Shown here in pieces: positions 28,422-38,371 of a DNA stretch of 60,748 bases (within the stretch, counting starts at the first letter, position 1; each line of letters starts with the position of its first letter). The notes beneath the pieces are model-generated. The model worked only from the letters and a program-made list of their open reading frames with translations, had not been told where the DNA came from and made no database searches. The position numbers were made by a program, and so were the translations under genes. The stretch covers positions 1-60,748 of the forward strand of contig JAUWQW010000003.1 of the NCBI GenBank assembly GCA_030610885.1, read 5' to 3'. The DNA is from Candidatus Aminicenantes bacterium. GTDB taxonomy: Bacteria; Acidobacteriota; Aminicenantia; UBA2199.

Positions 28422-31110
28422 TTCCAATTCCTATTTGAATTATAAAATTATCTTCTACTTTTTCTCCTAAATTCCACGCAAAGTTGATTCTTAAAGGACC
28501 TAAAGATGTTTTATATTTCAAACCAAATCCAATGCATGTCTCGAGATTTTTTAAAGTAAAATCACTTGACTTTGGAAAAACATTGCCAATATCTGCAAAC
28601 ACAGAATAATATAGATAATCGACTGGAATTACCATTAATGGGAATGTGGCTTCAAAATTGAAGAGTATCATAGCATTACCGCCTTTAGGTTCAAAAGTTT
28701 TTAGATCAATTGGGCCAAGCCTATCATTTTTAGAACCTCTAAATGTATGAATTCCACCTGCAAAGAATCTTTCTGTTATAGACATATCTCCTGAAGTAAA
28801 TCCATTTCTAATTGAGAAAGCAAATGTTCCTTTATTGAATAATGTAAAGTTATTTTGATAACTCCAGAAGAATTTATAAAAGGAGATATCTGTTTTAAAT
28901 ATTGGGAATCCGATTTTTATATTAGATGAGAAAAAATCACCCTTTGTAGGATTGAATGGGTCATCTCTATTTTCAATTATATAGGAAAGAGAGAATGAAG
29001 CAGTATCAAAGGGTTTGTACATTGTATCTATTCCTTGCTCTTGTATTCTTAGTTCTGTTAACTTTGTTCTGTACCAGCTCAAAGAAGTTATTATATATGA
29101 ATTGGAAGTGATCTCTTTTGTGACTGATTCTCCAATTCCAGTTCTATCAAATTTGTAACTCGAATAGATTTCATATTCTTTCCATATTTTAAATGAAGAA
29201 TTGAGTCTTGTTTTAAAAAAGTAGGGTGTATCGTAAGACAAAACCCCTCTTTGTTCATGTAAACCTAATTGGAGAATTGAAGAAAATGATGAATAGGATT
29301 TAAAAATATTCTTTTTCTGGTATTCAAAAGTAACCCTCATTCCATCTATTATCTCTCTTCTTTGTTCCAAACCAAATCCAAAACCATAAAATCTACTTTT
29401 GACTGGAGTGGCTTTTAATAATATGTTTATAGTATCTGGTTCTCTTTTTATTTTAACAATATTTATTTCACTAAATATTGCACTGTTTTCTACTTCATCT
29501 TTGAATGTATCTATTTTACTTTCATTGAAAAATGAATTTATTTTAAGAGGAAAAAGCTTTTTTAATAGTTTGGCTTGTTCATTCGAGGCTCCAATTATGA
29601 TAAGATCACCCATTTTGAATGATTTTCCTTCACTTATTGTAATTAGGATTGATTTGTTCTCTCCAGTAGAGATTTTAGCGTCAATTGCAACATCGATAAA
29701 TCCAAATGAATAGTAAAAATCTTTAAGTCTTATTATATCCTCATTGATTCTTTGTTGGACAAAAGGGCTATTTTCTTTTGTTTTGAGAACAGATAAAAGT
29801 TTATCAGAATTAAAGTACTTGTTTCCATCAAATAAGATAGAATCAACTGTGATTTTTTTACCCTCATATATTATGAATTTAATGTCAGCCTTTCCTTTGC
29901 GAAATTCTGGTTTCATCATTATTCTTGATTGTGGAAATCCTCTATAATAATATAATGATTTTATCAATTCCAGATCAATCTGAAGAGACTCAGATCGGAC
30001 CCAAAAGAAACTATCGAAAAACAACTTATCACTTCGTATGACTTTTCTTAGTCCATCTGTTGAAATTGATTGGTTGCCTTTAAATTCTATTTTCCCAAGT
30101 GAATATTTTTTGTTTTTCTCAACAAAAAATATTATAAATTTTGTTGAGTTTTTTATTTCTATTTTAGAATCTACTTTAGCATTTAAGTAGCCTCTTTTTT
30201 TTAAGAAAATTAAAATTCTTGCTCTACTTTCTATTTCTGCCCAGTTCTCAAACACCTCTTTTCCCCAGATTGAAGATATGAGTTTCATCTTAGCTTTTAT
30301 ACCATTAAATCTGAAGCTGTATTTATAACCCGTATGAATATCTATGTTTAAATTTACAAGTGATTTAGAATTATTCAAGAATCCTTCTTTGAATTTTATT
30401 TCTGGAAAGTAGTATTTTCTTTTTTTTAATATATTTTTTATTTTCTCGATTTTTTTCTGGAAAATATACGGGATGTATTCATCCATATTAATATATTCCA
30501 TTACTTCATTGTAAAATTTATTGTTGTTAATTTTTAAATTGATTTTATTTATCTTTGTGATTTCTCCTTTTTTAATAAAAAAACATATGTTAATAAAAGA
30601 TTTAGCTTTATCTTTATTAGTCTCATATTTAATGTCTGGGCTAAAGTATCCTTTTGATATTAAAAATATTTTTATCTCATTTATTGCTTTTTTAAGGTTG
30701 CTATCTTCAAAATATAAATTTTTTCTTAGAGAAAAAATAGATTTTAAAAGATCTTTTTCTCTGAAATTGGTATCATTTTTAATTGATATGTTTTTAATCT
30801 TAAATTTATTCGTTAAAACAAAATATAGATTTAATTTTTTTTCATGTAATTTTTCTACTTTTGTTTCAATATTCGAAAAAGAGCCTATTTTGAAAAGATT
30901 TTGCATACTTTTTCGTATTTCCTCGTAGCTGAAAAGATCCCCTTTTTTGCAATTTATTAGAAAATTATAGTTTTGAGTTTGTTCAATTTCAATATTATCG
31001 TTTGATTTAAAATAGATTTCATTGATTCTAAAATCTTGAAGTGTAGAGCTGAACAAAGGGTTAAAGAATAAGAGTAATAAAATAATTGTTTTATTTAATC
31101 TTAATTTCAT
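28411..31110 (-). CDS. bamA: Outer membrane protein assembly factor BamA
   Basis: A signal peptide, repeated POTRA-like modules and a C-terminal 16-strand-type barrel ending in ...IQIGIGNVF (terminal aromatic). ATG at 31110, 5 nt after the tamB stop. The listed TTG at 31119 is an alternative. Confidence 0.88.
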   Translation of the reverse strand: MKLRLNKTIILLLLFFNPLFSSTLQDFRINEIYFKSNDNIEIEQTQNYNFLINCKKGDLFSYEEIRKSMQNLFKIGSFSNIETKVEKLHEKKLNLYFVLTNKFKIKNISIKNDTNFREKDLLKSIFSLRKNLYFEDSNLKKAINEIKIFLISKGYFSPDIKYETNKDKAKSFINICFFIKKGEITKINKINLKINNNKFYNEVMEYINMDEYIPYIFQKKIEKIKNILKKRKYYFPEIKFKEGFLNNSKSLVNLNIDIHTGYKYSFRFNGIKAKMKLISSIWGKEVFENWAEIESRARILIFLKKRGYLNAKVDSKIEIKNSTKFIIFFVEKNKKYSLGKIEFKGNQSISTDGLRKVIRSDKLFFDSFFWVRSESLQIDLELIKSLYYYRGFPQSRIMMKPEFRKGKADIKFIIYEGKKITVDSILFDGNKYFNSDKLLSVLKTKENSPFVQQRINEDIIRLKDFYYSFGFIDVAIDAKISTGENKSILITISEGKSFKMGDLIIIGASNEQAKLLKKLFPLKINSFFNESKIDTFKDEVENSAIFSEINIVKIKREPDTINILLKATPVKSRFYGFGFGLEQRREIIDGMRVTFEYQKKNIFKSYSSFSSILQLGLHEQRGVLSYDTPYFFKTRLNSSFKIWKEYEIYSSYKFDRTGIGESVTKEITSNSYIITSLSWYRTKLTELRIQEQGIDTMYKPFDTASFSLSYIIENRDDPFNPTKGDFFSSNIKIGFPIFKTDISFYKFFWSYQNNFTLFNKGTFAFSIRNGFTSGDMSITERFFAGGIHTFRGSKNDRLGPIDLKTFEPKGGNAMILFNFEATFPLMVIPVDYLYYSVFADIGNVFPKSSDFTLKNLETCIGFGLKYKTSLGPLRINFAWNLGEKVEDNFIIQIGIGNVF

Positions 31111-31115
31111 TTTTA

Positions 31116-34100
31116 TCAATCTTTTTTTCTAAATCTAATATCAACACTGAATCTTCCTTCTTCATTTCTCATTCCTATTAATGAAATTGATGGCGATATT
31201 TGGTATTGTAAATAAATAACCTCTTTTTTTATTTTTTCCTGTTTTGAGCTGGAAATATTTGTTGAATATACAACAAGTAGTTTGTCTGATATTGATTTAC
31301 CTACAATTAATCTTGATGTGCCTTCAAATGAAGAGCCTGTTATGGTAGGATTGATTTTTAAGAGGTCAATTCCTAAAATTTTTTTTGCACTCTTTTGAAT
31401 GCTTTCATTTAGTTTTGATGTTATTAAACTTGTAGTCCCGGGTTGAGAGCTTAAAGTACCTACATGAGAGCTTAACTCTGTTGTGGTTGGCCTTTTGAAC
31501 AATTCACCCAATGAAATAAGTGTGAGGATATCTTGAGTGGGAAGTGGAGGAGATGATTGCAATTCAGGTTTAAGATGTGTTGATGGACCGTGAATATTAA
31601 ATTTAATTCTGAAATCCTTGATAAATGCTTCAGATTCCACTCTTATTAAAGGGTCAATAAAAAGTTCATTATTAAATATAGCTTTAGCCTTTATCAAATT
31701 AAATTTTTTATCAGAGAAATATATTTCACCCTCTTTACTTTCAATTAAACCTGTTAGAATTGGGAATTCATTACTTCCTTTTAGTCTAAGGTTGAACTTG
31801 CATTTAATTTTTCCAATTGAGTTGACCATCCACATATTATCTTTTGCAACTAATTTCAGATCAAATTCTAACATTTTTATGATCTCTGATTCAGTTGTAG
31901 ATAAATTGGGGTTAGTATAGAAAGAGATAGGTTCATCTATCTCTCTTTTCCATATACCTGACAGAAAATTAAGGTCTCCTTGAAGGAGTAGTTTGTTGTT
32001 ATTGTATTTTAGGGTTAGATCTGCATTTAGATTAGTTGTGGTCCCACTCATTGGGTATAGGGTCATTTTTCTACCTGAAAAGTTTAATATAATGTCTTTT
32101 AATTTACTGTTTTCTAATAACATATATCCATTACATTCAACTTTCCCCTTTCCCATTTCTCCGCGAAAAGATTGGAGAGTGAAATCTGAAATATTATTAA
32201 AGCTAATAAAAGCCTGAAAATTGTTAAAAGCATGAGAAAATTTTGGGATTGATAGAACCTTACCTTTAAAATTTGCAATTCCTCTTATATCTGTTTTCCC
32301 ATTATCTTGAGTGAAAATCTGTCCATTTAAATTCATCTCACCATTATTATTTTCCCATGGGATTAAGAGGTTTATATCTAATAGGTTTAAATTAAATTTA
32401 CCTGTATATTTATTATTTATTTGATTTAATTCAATATCAAATTTAGATTGATTTTTTTTATTTAAAATATTTCCTTTTGATTCAATCTTAAAATCTGCAA
32501 AGTCTGTAAAAAGGTTTGCTTCTCCTATTATATTAAAAACTCTATCTTTATAAAAGTATATATCATTTAGTTTATATTTGATCTTTATAGGTTCTTTGAA
32601 AAAATTTCCCTCTCCTTTAAAAAACATTTCCCCTTTTCCGTAAAAATCCTTTTTAATTTTGTTTATATTTAAATTTTTAATTTCACCATTTGTTTTAAAT
32701 TTTCTTTTTATGAAGTCAATAAACAGGTTGGTTTTTCCTTTTCCCTCTTTTAAATAATATTTAAGGTTTTCCAATTGAATGTAATCTAAATTTGATATAA
32801 AATTTCCATTTATTTTACTAAATTTTTGATCTAAAAATAGAAGTTTGCTACTTTCAAAATTTCCTTTTATAATAGGAAGTAAATCCCTTTTTTTTATATT
32901 ATAATTGGCATTTCCTTTAATATTACCTTGTAATGGGATTTCAATTGATAAAATATTAAATATTTTTTTTGATTCTCCTTCAATTTCTTTAAAGTTTATG
33001 TTTGTTGTTTTTTTGTGAATCAAAAGTTCAGCTTTTAATTTTAATTTTGAGTCATCAATAAAAAAAGTTCCATTAACTGAATCTTTTATGTTTTTTACAT
33101 TTCCCTTTAAGCAATCAATTTTTTGATTGCTTGAATAAAAATCATTAAAATTCATATTAACATTATAAGAATATTTTTTCCCCTTTTTATTATATTTTAT
33201 ATCTAATTTTCCATTTCCTTTTCTTAGCTTCCATGTGTCTAAATCAACATTTATAAAAAATTTTGAATATTTATGCAAATTGCCTATTTCGTCTATTTTT
33301 GATTTAACATCAATTGAAAGTTGCTTTTTGGAGGGAGTTACCTGTCCATTGATGGATAATTCGCCAAATTCTGAATGAATTTTGTCCGAATAAAATCTTA
33401 TTGTTTTGTTTTTCGAATCAAATTTAATTTTTACTTCACCTTTCAAATTAAAATCATTGGTTTCGTTTTTTGTGTTTTTCAAATTTACTTTTCCAGAAAT
33501 GTTTCCTTTATTAATAAAAACATCGCCTTTCTCAACAATACCCCCCAAAGGTACATCATCATAAATTTTTAGCATTTTAGCTAATTTACTTGCTGCCATA
33601 TTTTCAACGAACATTCTGGTGTTTTTTGTTGTTGAATCTATTTTTAAATTTGTTCTTAAGAGATTTGAAATAAAAGATGAATTTATTTTTACATTTTTAT
33701 TTATATTATCCCACTTAATGTCCCCTCTTAAGTCAGAAAATTGTTCTCCTTCTGAATAGAAAACGGGTGAATTGAATTTACCATGTATTGATAATGTTCC
33801 TTCTTTATTTTTTGATATTTTAGCATTTCCATATACAAAACCATTAATAGCTAATTTTTTTAAAAGAGGATATAAGATGTTTTCAGGATTACCAAGAATA
33901 TTAGTATTTATAAAAATTCTTTTATCTTTAAAAATTCTTCCATTAGCTTTAATTTTAAGATCTTTTGTGTTCCAGGAGAATTTGTTGATTTTTATATTAT
34001 CTTTCTCTTGTTTAATCTCACAGCTCAGATCACCTTCCAATGTCACACTTTTTTTGCTTATTGGAAAGATGATCTTTAGATGTGGAGATTTGATAATGTG

Positions 34101-34595
34101 TAGTATATTGTTTGAAATATAAACCGATTTTAAATTAAATTTCAATAAAGTTATAGATAATTCTGAAGAGTTATATGTTAATTCGCCATTTTTAATATTA
34201 ATTTTATTGATCTTTATAGAAGATTGGGATGTGCCATTTTCCTTAAACAAATCGGGGTTCAAAACCATTTTTGGTTCATTTATATCTATATTTACCTTTT
34301 TAGTTTTAGAAAAAATTGATAAAAAAGGAATGTGTAAGTTTATACTTCTAAAAGATAGGATGTTTTTGTTTTTTATTGGGAAGTTTTTTATGTCTTTTAT
34401 ATTTAAACCAAGAGGAGAGATAGATAATTTTAGGTTTGAGAATCTGATTTTTGAAGGTAAGCTGTTATTTATTTTGTTGTAAATGTATAATTTTAATCCG
34501 TAATAACTACCTGCAAAGAATATAAGTATAAAAAAAAACAGATAATAAATTTTACTCTTTTTTTCATTTTCTGTTATTTTGCGACTTTCTCCCAA
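31116..34595 (-). CDS. tamB: Translocation and assembly module protein TamB (AsmA-like, DUF490 C-terminus)
   Basis: An N-terminal TM anchor ([19 protein letters not shown]), about 1100 aa of beta-rich repetitive sequence, and a DUF490-like C-terminus ([16 protein letters not shown]...[12 protein letters not shown]). The TTG start is uncertain. Confidence 0.8.
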   Translation of the reverse strand: MGESRKITENEKKSKIYYLFFFILIFFAGSYYGLKLYIYNKINNSLPSKIRFSNLKLSISPLGLNIKDIKNFPIKNKNILSFRSINLHIPFLSIFSKTKKVNIDINEPKMVLNPDLFKENGTSQSSIKINKINIKNGELTYNSSELSITLLKFNLKSVYISNNILHIIKSPHLKIIFPISKKSVTLEGDLSCEIKQEKDNIKINKFSWNTKDLKIKANGRIFKDKRIFINTNILGNPENILYPLLKKLAINGFVYGNAKISKNKEGTLSIHGKFNSPVFYSEGEQFSDLRGDIKWDNINKNVKINSSFISNLLRTNLKIDSTTKNTRMFVENMAASKLAKMLKIYDDVPLGGIVEKGDVFINKGNISGKVNLKNTKNETNDFNLKGEVKIKFDSKNKTIRFYSDKIHSEFGELSINGQVTPSKKQLSIDVKSKIDEIGNLHKYSKFFINVDLDTWKLRKGNGKLDIKYNKKGKKYSYNVNMNFNDFYSSNQKIDCLKGNVKNIKDSVNGTFFIDDSKLKLKAELLIHKKTTNINFKEIEGESKKIFNILSIEIPLQGNIKGNANYNIKKRDLLPIIKGNFESSKLLFLDQKFSKINGNFISNLDYIQLENLKYYLKEGKGKTNLFIDFIKRKFKTNGEIKNLNINKIKKDFYGKGEMFFKGEGNFFKEPIKIKYKLNDIYFYKDRVFNIIGEANLFTDFADFKIESKGNILNKKNQSKFDIELNQINNKYTGKFNLNLLDINLLIPWENNNGEMNLNGQIFTQDNGKTDIRGIANFKGKVLSIPKFSHAFNNFQAFISFNNISDFTLQSFRGEMGKGKVECNGYMLLENSKLKDIILNFSGRKMTLYPMSGTTTNLNADLTLKYNNNKLLLQGDLNFLSGIWKREIDEPISFYTNPNLSTTESEIIKMLEFDLKLVAKDNMWMVNSIGKIKCKFNLRLKGSNEFPILTGLIESKEGEIYFSDKKFNLIKAKAIFNNELFIDPLIRVESEAFIKDFRIKFNIHGPSTHLKPELQSSPPLPTQDILTLISLGELFKRPTTTELSSHVGTLSSQPGTTSLITSKLNESIQKSAKKILGIDLLKINPTITGSSFEGTSRLIVGKSISDKLLVVYSTNISSSKQEKIKKEVIYLQYQISPSISLIGMRNEEGRFSVDIRFRKKD

Positions 34596-35218
34596 TCTTT
34601 TAAAAATTTTTCCATTCCAATATCAGTCAAAGGGTGGTTTAATAATTTAGATAAGGTTGAGAATGGAACTGTTGCAATGTCAGCTCCCATTAATGCAGAT
34701 TGTACAAAGTGAAGAGGGTGTCTTATAGAGGCTACAATAATTTCTGTTTTAATTGAGTAATTATCGAAGATTTGAATTATATCCTCTACTAATGCCATTC
34801 CGTGTCCTGAAATATCATCTATTCTTCCTACAAAAGGAGAAATATAAGATGCTCCGGCTTTGGCAGCGAGTAAAGCCTGAGAAGAAGAAAATATTAAAGT
34901 AGTGTTTGTTTTTATATTTAGATCTGATAATTTTTTAATAACTTTAAGACCTTCCATATTTATAGGTACTTTTATTACTACATTTTCTGAAATTTTAGCA
35001 TATATTTTTGCTTGCTCAATCATTTCTTCAAAGTTTTTTGCTGTTACTTCAACAGAGACTGGACCAGGTACAATTGAGGTTATCTTTTTTATTAAAGGTA
35101 AAAATCCTTGATTTTCTCTTGAAATTAATGAGGGATTTGTTGTAACACCATTAACTATTCCATATTCAACTCCTTTTTTGATCTCTTCAATATTCGCAGT
35201 GTCAAGGAAGATTTTCAT
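34574..35218 (-). CDS. Fructose-6-phosphate aldolase / transaldolase family 3B
   Basis: [15 protein letters not shown]...GVTTNPSL, a VIKVP Schiff-base lysine context, and [12 protein letters not shown] at 35218 with GGAGG 5 nt upstream, whereas the listed start is a TTG at 35230. Confidence 0.88.
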   Translation of the reverse strand: MKIFLDTANIEEIKKGVEYGIVNGVTTNPSLISRENQGFLPLIKKITSIVPGPVSVEVTAKNFEEMIEQAKIYAKISENVVIKVPINMEGLKVIKKLSDLNIKTNTTLIFSSSQALLAAKAGASYISPFVGRIDDISGHGMALVEDIIQIFDNYSIKTEIIVASIRHPLHFVQSALMGADIATVPFSTLSKLLNHPLTDIGMEKFLKDWEKVAK

Positions 35219-35388
35219 AAGTACCTCCAATTTATTATTATATCAGAATCAAATGCATAAATAAAGAGTAATACTAAAAAGATTGATATTGATTCTGTAC
35301 AGGATTAAAAGAGTTATTAAATTAAGAATTTTAATAAATCTAAAAAATATATTATACTTAAATTTTATTTTGTGTAAATTAATTTAAA

Positions 35389-36078
35389 ATGAATATTGCT
35401 AAATATATTTTTATTTTGTTATTCTTTTCTTTATCAATATTTTCAGAAAGTTTAGATGATTTTCAACTTTCCAAAAATGATGAAGCAATTTTATTAAATA
35501 AGGAATTTATTCTAAAAAAAAGAGATGTTAAAAAATCTACCTGGCCTGAAGTCAATATTTTAACTCTTATTAAAGCAACTCCAAAACAAAGTATTGCTGT
35601 ATTTTTTGCTTATCATGAACATAAAAACTTTATACCAAAGCTTTTGATTTCAAAGCCTGTTAAATATATATCTCCTACAGATATTCATATCTATTTTGAA
35701 ATGAATATTCCATGGCCTTTGTCAAATAGCCATTTTATAACAGGAAACCGCTTAAAAAAGCTTAAAGAAAGTGGTTATAGGGTTGAATGGTATTTTGTGA
35801 AATCTGATTCGGTAAAACATAGTTATGGAGGTGTATATTTCCTTGCATATAAAAATAAAACTCTTTTGGTTTATCAAAACTTTACACATCCAAAATCTGT
35901 TTTAGCAGGTCTTTTTAAGGGAAAAATGTTAAAGAGTGTAAAAAGAACAGTTAGAGCAATTGTTTCACATATAGAAGATATAACTGAAAATAAAAAGGAT
36001 TTATTAAAAGAGTATATATTGAATTTAGAAAAAGCTCTGAATGGAGAGTATGTTTATAAAGATTTAATAAGAAGATAG
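35389..36078 (+). CDS. Secreted hypothetical protein, possibly SRPBCC/START-like
   Basis: A signal-like N-terminus. The alternating beta/long C-terminal-helix pattern and the WPEV...ATPKQ start resemble lipid-binding SRPBCC folds. The resemblance is weak. Confidence 0.55.
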   Translation: MNIAKYIFILLFFSLSIFSESLDDFQLSKNDEAILLNKEFILKKRDVKKSTWPEVNILTLIKATPKQSIAVFFAYHEHKNFIPKLLISKPVKYISPTDIHIYFEMNIPWPLSNSHFITGNRLKKLKESGYRVEWYFVKSDSVKHSYGGVYFLAYKNKTLLVYQNFTHPKSVLAGLFKGKMLKSVKRTVRAIVSHIEDITENKKDLLKEYILNLEKALNGEYVYKDLIRR

Positions 36079-36080
36079 TA

Positions 36081-36974
36081 GTGATAAAAAACCAGAAAAA
36101 AGCTTATGCTTTTGCATTAATATCAGTTCTTTTTTGGTCAACATCAGCTTCTGCTTTTAAAATATCATTAAAGTATACTGATGAAGTGACATTACTTCTT
36201 ATTTCTTCGTTTATTTCATCATTATGTTTTCTTATAATTTTAATTTTTAAAAATAAACTTAATGAAATAAAAGCAGTAACTAAAAAAAATCTTTTTAAGT
36301 CTATTTGCTTAGGTTTTTTTAATCCTTTTTTTTATTATATTATTTTATTTAAAGCTTATTCTCTTTTACCTGCTCAACAGGCCCAACCAATAAATATGAC
36401 ATGGGGAATTATTATTGCTATTTTATCAATACCATTCTTAAAACAAGAACTCTCTATATGGGACGTTGTTGCTCTTTTTACAAGTTTTTTTGGAGTTGTA
36501 ATTATTGCTACAAAAGGCAATTTGTCAAATTTCGCAATTTCCAATATTTCTGGTGTGGTTCTTGCAGTGATCAGCTCTTTTATATGGGCTGTATACTGGT
36601 TATTAAATACTAAGGATAAACTGGATCCAGTTTTAAGGCTTTTTTATAATTTTACTTTTGGTTTTATTTTTACTTTAGTTTACTATTTAATTTGTTATAA
36701 GGTTACTATGCCTCATGTTTATGGAGTTTTAGGAGGAGTTTATATTGGTCTTTTTGAAATGGGAATCACATTTTATTTCTGGATTTTAGCAATGAAATAC
36801 ACTAATGCAACTGTTAAAATAAGTATTCTTGTATATATTGCACCTTTTATATCATTAATTTTCATTTATTTTTTTGTTGGAGAAAAAATTCTATTTTCAT
36901 CTATTTTTGGATTGATTTTTATTGTTTCAGGAATTTTAATACAATTGTATAAAAAAAGAGATTCTAAAAAATAA
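36081..36974 (+). CDS. EamA/DMT-superfamily transporter
   Basis: 10 TM helices arranged as two EamA-like halves (AFALISVLFWSTSASAFK... and ...LFSSIFGLIFIVSGILI). GTG start 2 nt after the upstream stop. Confidence 0.8.
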   Translation: MIKNQKKAYAFALISVLFWSTSASAFKISLKYTDEVTLLLISSFISSLCFLIILIFKNKLNEIKAVTKKNLFKSICLGFFNPFFYYIILFKAYSLLPAQQAQPINMTWGIIIAILSIPFLKQELSIWDVVALFTSFFGVVIIATKGNLSNFAISNISGVVLAVISSFIWAVYWLLNTKDKLDPVLRLFYNFTFGFIFTLVYYLICYKVTMPHVYGVLGGVYIGLFEMGITFYFWILAMKYTNATVKISILVYIAPFISLIFIYFFVGEKILFSSIFGLIFIVSGILIQLYKKRDSKK

Positions 36975-37024
36975 AAGGGAGCTATAGCTGTAAACTTTTA
37001 GATGCTTTGATGTGCGATACTCTA

Positions 37025-37065
37025 CATTCAACCATTAGTCCATTCAACCATTCAACTATTAGTCC
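37025..37065. repeat. Five tandem 8-nt units ATTCAACC/ATTAGTCC/ATTCAACC/ATTCAACT/ATTAGTCC
   Basis: Read directly from the sequence: c-ATTCAACC-ATTAGTCC-ATTCAACC-ATTCAACT-ATTAGTCC, in the intergenic region between the EamA gene and the wHTH gene. Confidence 0.8.
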
Positions 37066-37108
37066 AAATAAAAAATAGGGTAAATTGCCATATACCGCTA
37101 CATTTTTC

Positions 37109-37137
37109 TTGACAACAATTGTTTTTATTGGTAAGGT
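37109..37137 (+). promoter_or_regulatory. sigma70-type promoter TTGACA-N17-TAAGGT for the wHTH/NTase pair
   Basis: TTGACA at 37109-37114, a 17-nt spacer, TAAGGT at 37132-37137. AGGAG lies at about 37198 and the ATG at 37210. Confidence 0.5.
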
Positions 37138-37179
37138 ATGACCGATAAAAAAGGTCAAGCGACCACAGAAATAGGTCAT
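37138..37179 (+). promoter_or_regulatory. Nested palindromic operator-like site ATGACC-N9-GGTC-AAGC-GACC-N9-GGTCAT
   Basis: The outer arms ATGACC/GGTCAT and inner arms GGTC/GACC are perfect and symmetric. The site begins immediately after the predicted -10 hexamer, so it covers the expected transcription start. Confidence 0.5.
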
Positions 37180-37209
37180 TTGATTAGTTTAATTAGAAGG
37201 AGATAGAAA

Positions 37210-37539
37210 ATGTTAGAACCTTTATTGCAGTCTGAGATAAAAGAGAAGATACTTTTATGTCTTTATGCTAATGGAGAATCATACGCCAGGGAAATTTCTA
37301 AACTATTTAATTTTAATTTAAGTACAGTTCAAAATCAATTATTAAATTTAGAACAAGGTGGGGTACTCTATAGTAAACTCAAAGGTAAAGTTAGGTTATT
37401 TGGCTTGAATCCGAGATATCCTTTCAAAAAAGAGATAGAGGCACTTCTTGAGAAAGCGTTGCGTTTTGTTCCTGAAGAAGAAAAGGTCAAATTTTATAAT
37501 CGGAGACTAAGGCCAAGACATAGTAGGAAACCCATTTAA
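37210..37539 (+). CDS. Small winged-helix DNA-binding protein (ArsR/MarR-like), putative antitoxin/autoregulator
   Basis: 109 aa. HTH-plus-wing pattern ESYAREISKLFNFNLSTVQNQLLNLEQGGVLYSKLKGKVRLFGLN, with a basic tail. Its stop is 1 nt before the next ATG. Confidence 0.7.
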   Translation: MLEPLLQSEIKEKILLCLYANGESYAREISKLFNFNLSTVQNQLLNLEQGGVLYSKLKGKVRLFGLNPRYPFKKEIEALLEKALRFVPEEEKVKFYNRRLRPRHSRKPI

Positions 37540-37540
37540 A

Positions 37541-38068
37541 ATGAAAATCAAAGGTATTACGCTTAGAGACTTGGCTATATATGTTTCTGATTATTTAAGA
37601 AGGAATGGCATTAATACTGTTTTATCTGGGGGAGCTTGCGTTGTAATCTATACAAAGAATAAATATACCTCATATGATTTAGATTTTGTTATGGAGTCAT
37701 TCTCTATAAGAAAAAGCATTAACTCTATTTTAGAAAAAATCGGTTTTATAGAGCATGGAAGATATTTTGTTCATGAAGACACGCCTTTCTTTCTGGACTT
37801 TCTGGTTCCGCCTTTGTCTGTAGGTGAGGAACCTGTTAAAGAGATCGTATCAATAAAAAAGAAAAATATGATTTTAAAATTGCTATCTCCAACGGACTGT
37901 ATAAAGGATCGCCTTGCAGCCTATTATCATTGGAACGACATACAAAGCCTGGATCAAGCAATTTTAGTAGCCAAGGGAAATAAGATTGATTTGAAAGAGA
38001 TTGAAAGATGGTCGATTAATGAAGGAATGATAGATAAGTTTAAAATATTTAAGAGCAAAGCACCTTGA
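37541..38068 (+). CDS. Nucleotidyltransferase-fold protein, AbiEii/DUF1814-like but short (175 aa)
   Basis: NTase core LSGGACVVIYTKNKYTSYDLDFV, i.e. GG-x-A...S-x-DLDF as in AbiEii-type toxins, which is also the minimal NTase G[GS]-x9-13-DxD pattern. It is translationally coupled to the wHTH gene. Confidence 0.6.
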   Translation: MKIKGITLRDLAIYVSDYLRRNGINTVLSGGACVVIYTKNKYTSYDLDFVMESFSIRKSINSILEKIGFIEHGRYFVHEDTPFFLDFLVPPLSVGEEPVKEIVSIKKKNMILKLLSPTDCIKDRLAAYYHWNDIQSLDQAILVAKGNKIDLKEIERWSINEGMIDKFKIFKSKAP

Positions 38069-38077
38069 TAATATAGG

Positions 38078-38347
38078 GTGTGTTATAATGAAAGAACTGA
38101 CCCCAAGTTTCTATGCTGTATGGAACAGGGTGATAAGGCAAAAAAAGAATTCGAACAGGCCTATAATCATGAATTGATAGAGCATGCTTGTGCAACGGGA
38201 ATTTTTGGTGGTGAGTTTAATTTTGAAAGGATGAATTTTATTGAAAAATTGATTGTAAAGAAGGTTTCAAAAATTAAAGAGAGTGTTTCTCGAATTGATA
38301 AAAAAGTAATTTCTGAGTTTATTGAAATCTTTTCATCGACAAAATAA
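38078..38347 (+). CDS. Hypothetical small protein
   Basis: The listed ORF has a GTG start. The in-frame ATG at 38120 (MEQGDKAKKEF...) is equally plausible. There is no clear SD sequence and no recognised motif. Confidence 0.35.
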   Translation: MCYNERTDPKFLCCMEQGDKAKKEFEQAYNHELIEHACATGIFGGEFNFERMNFIEKLIVKKVSKIKESVSRIDKKVISEFIEIFSSTK

Positions 38348-38371
38348 CTGATTAAAGTAGTAGAATATAAG

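Noticed and set aside
36982-37179. A 65-aa minus-strand ORF in the EamA/wHTH intergenic region.
   Set aside because: It has no RBS. It spans the plus-strand promoter and palindromic operator, and its apparent internal repeat (LIVEWLNGLMVE) is just the translated 8-nt tandem repeat.
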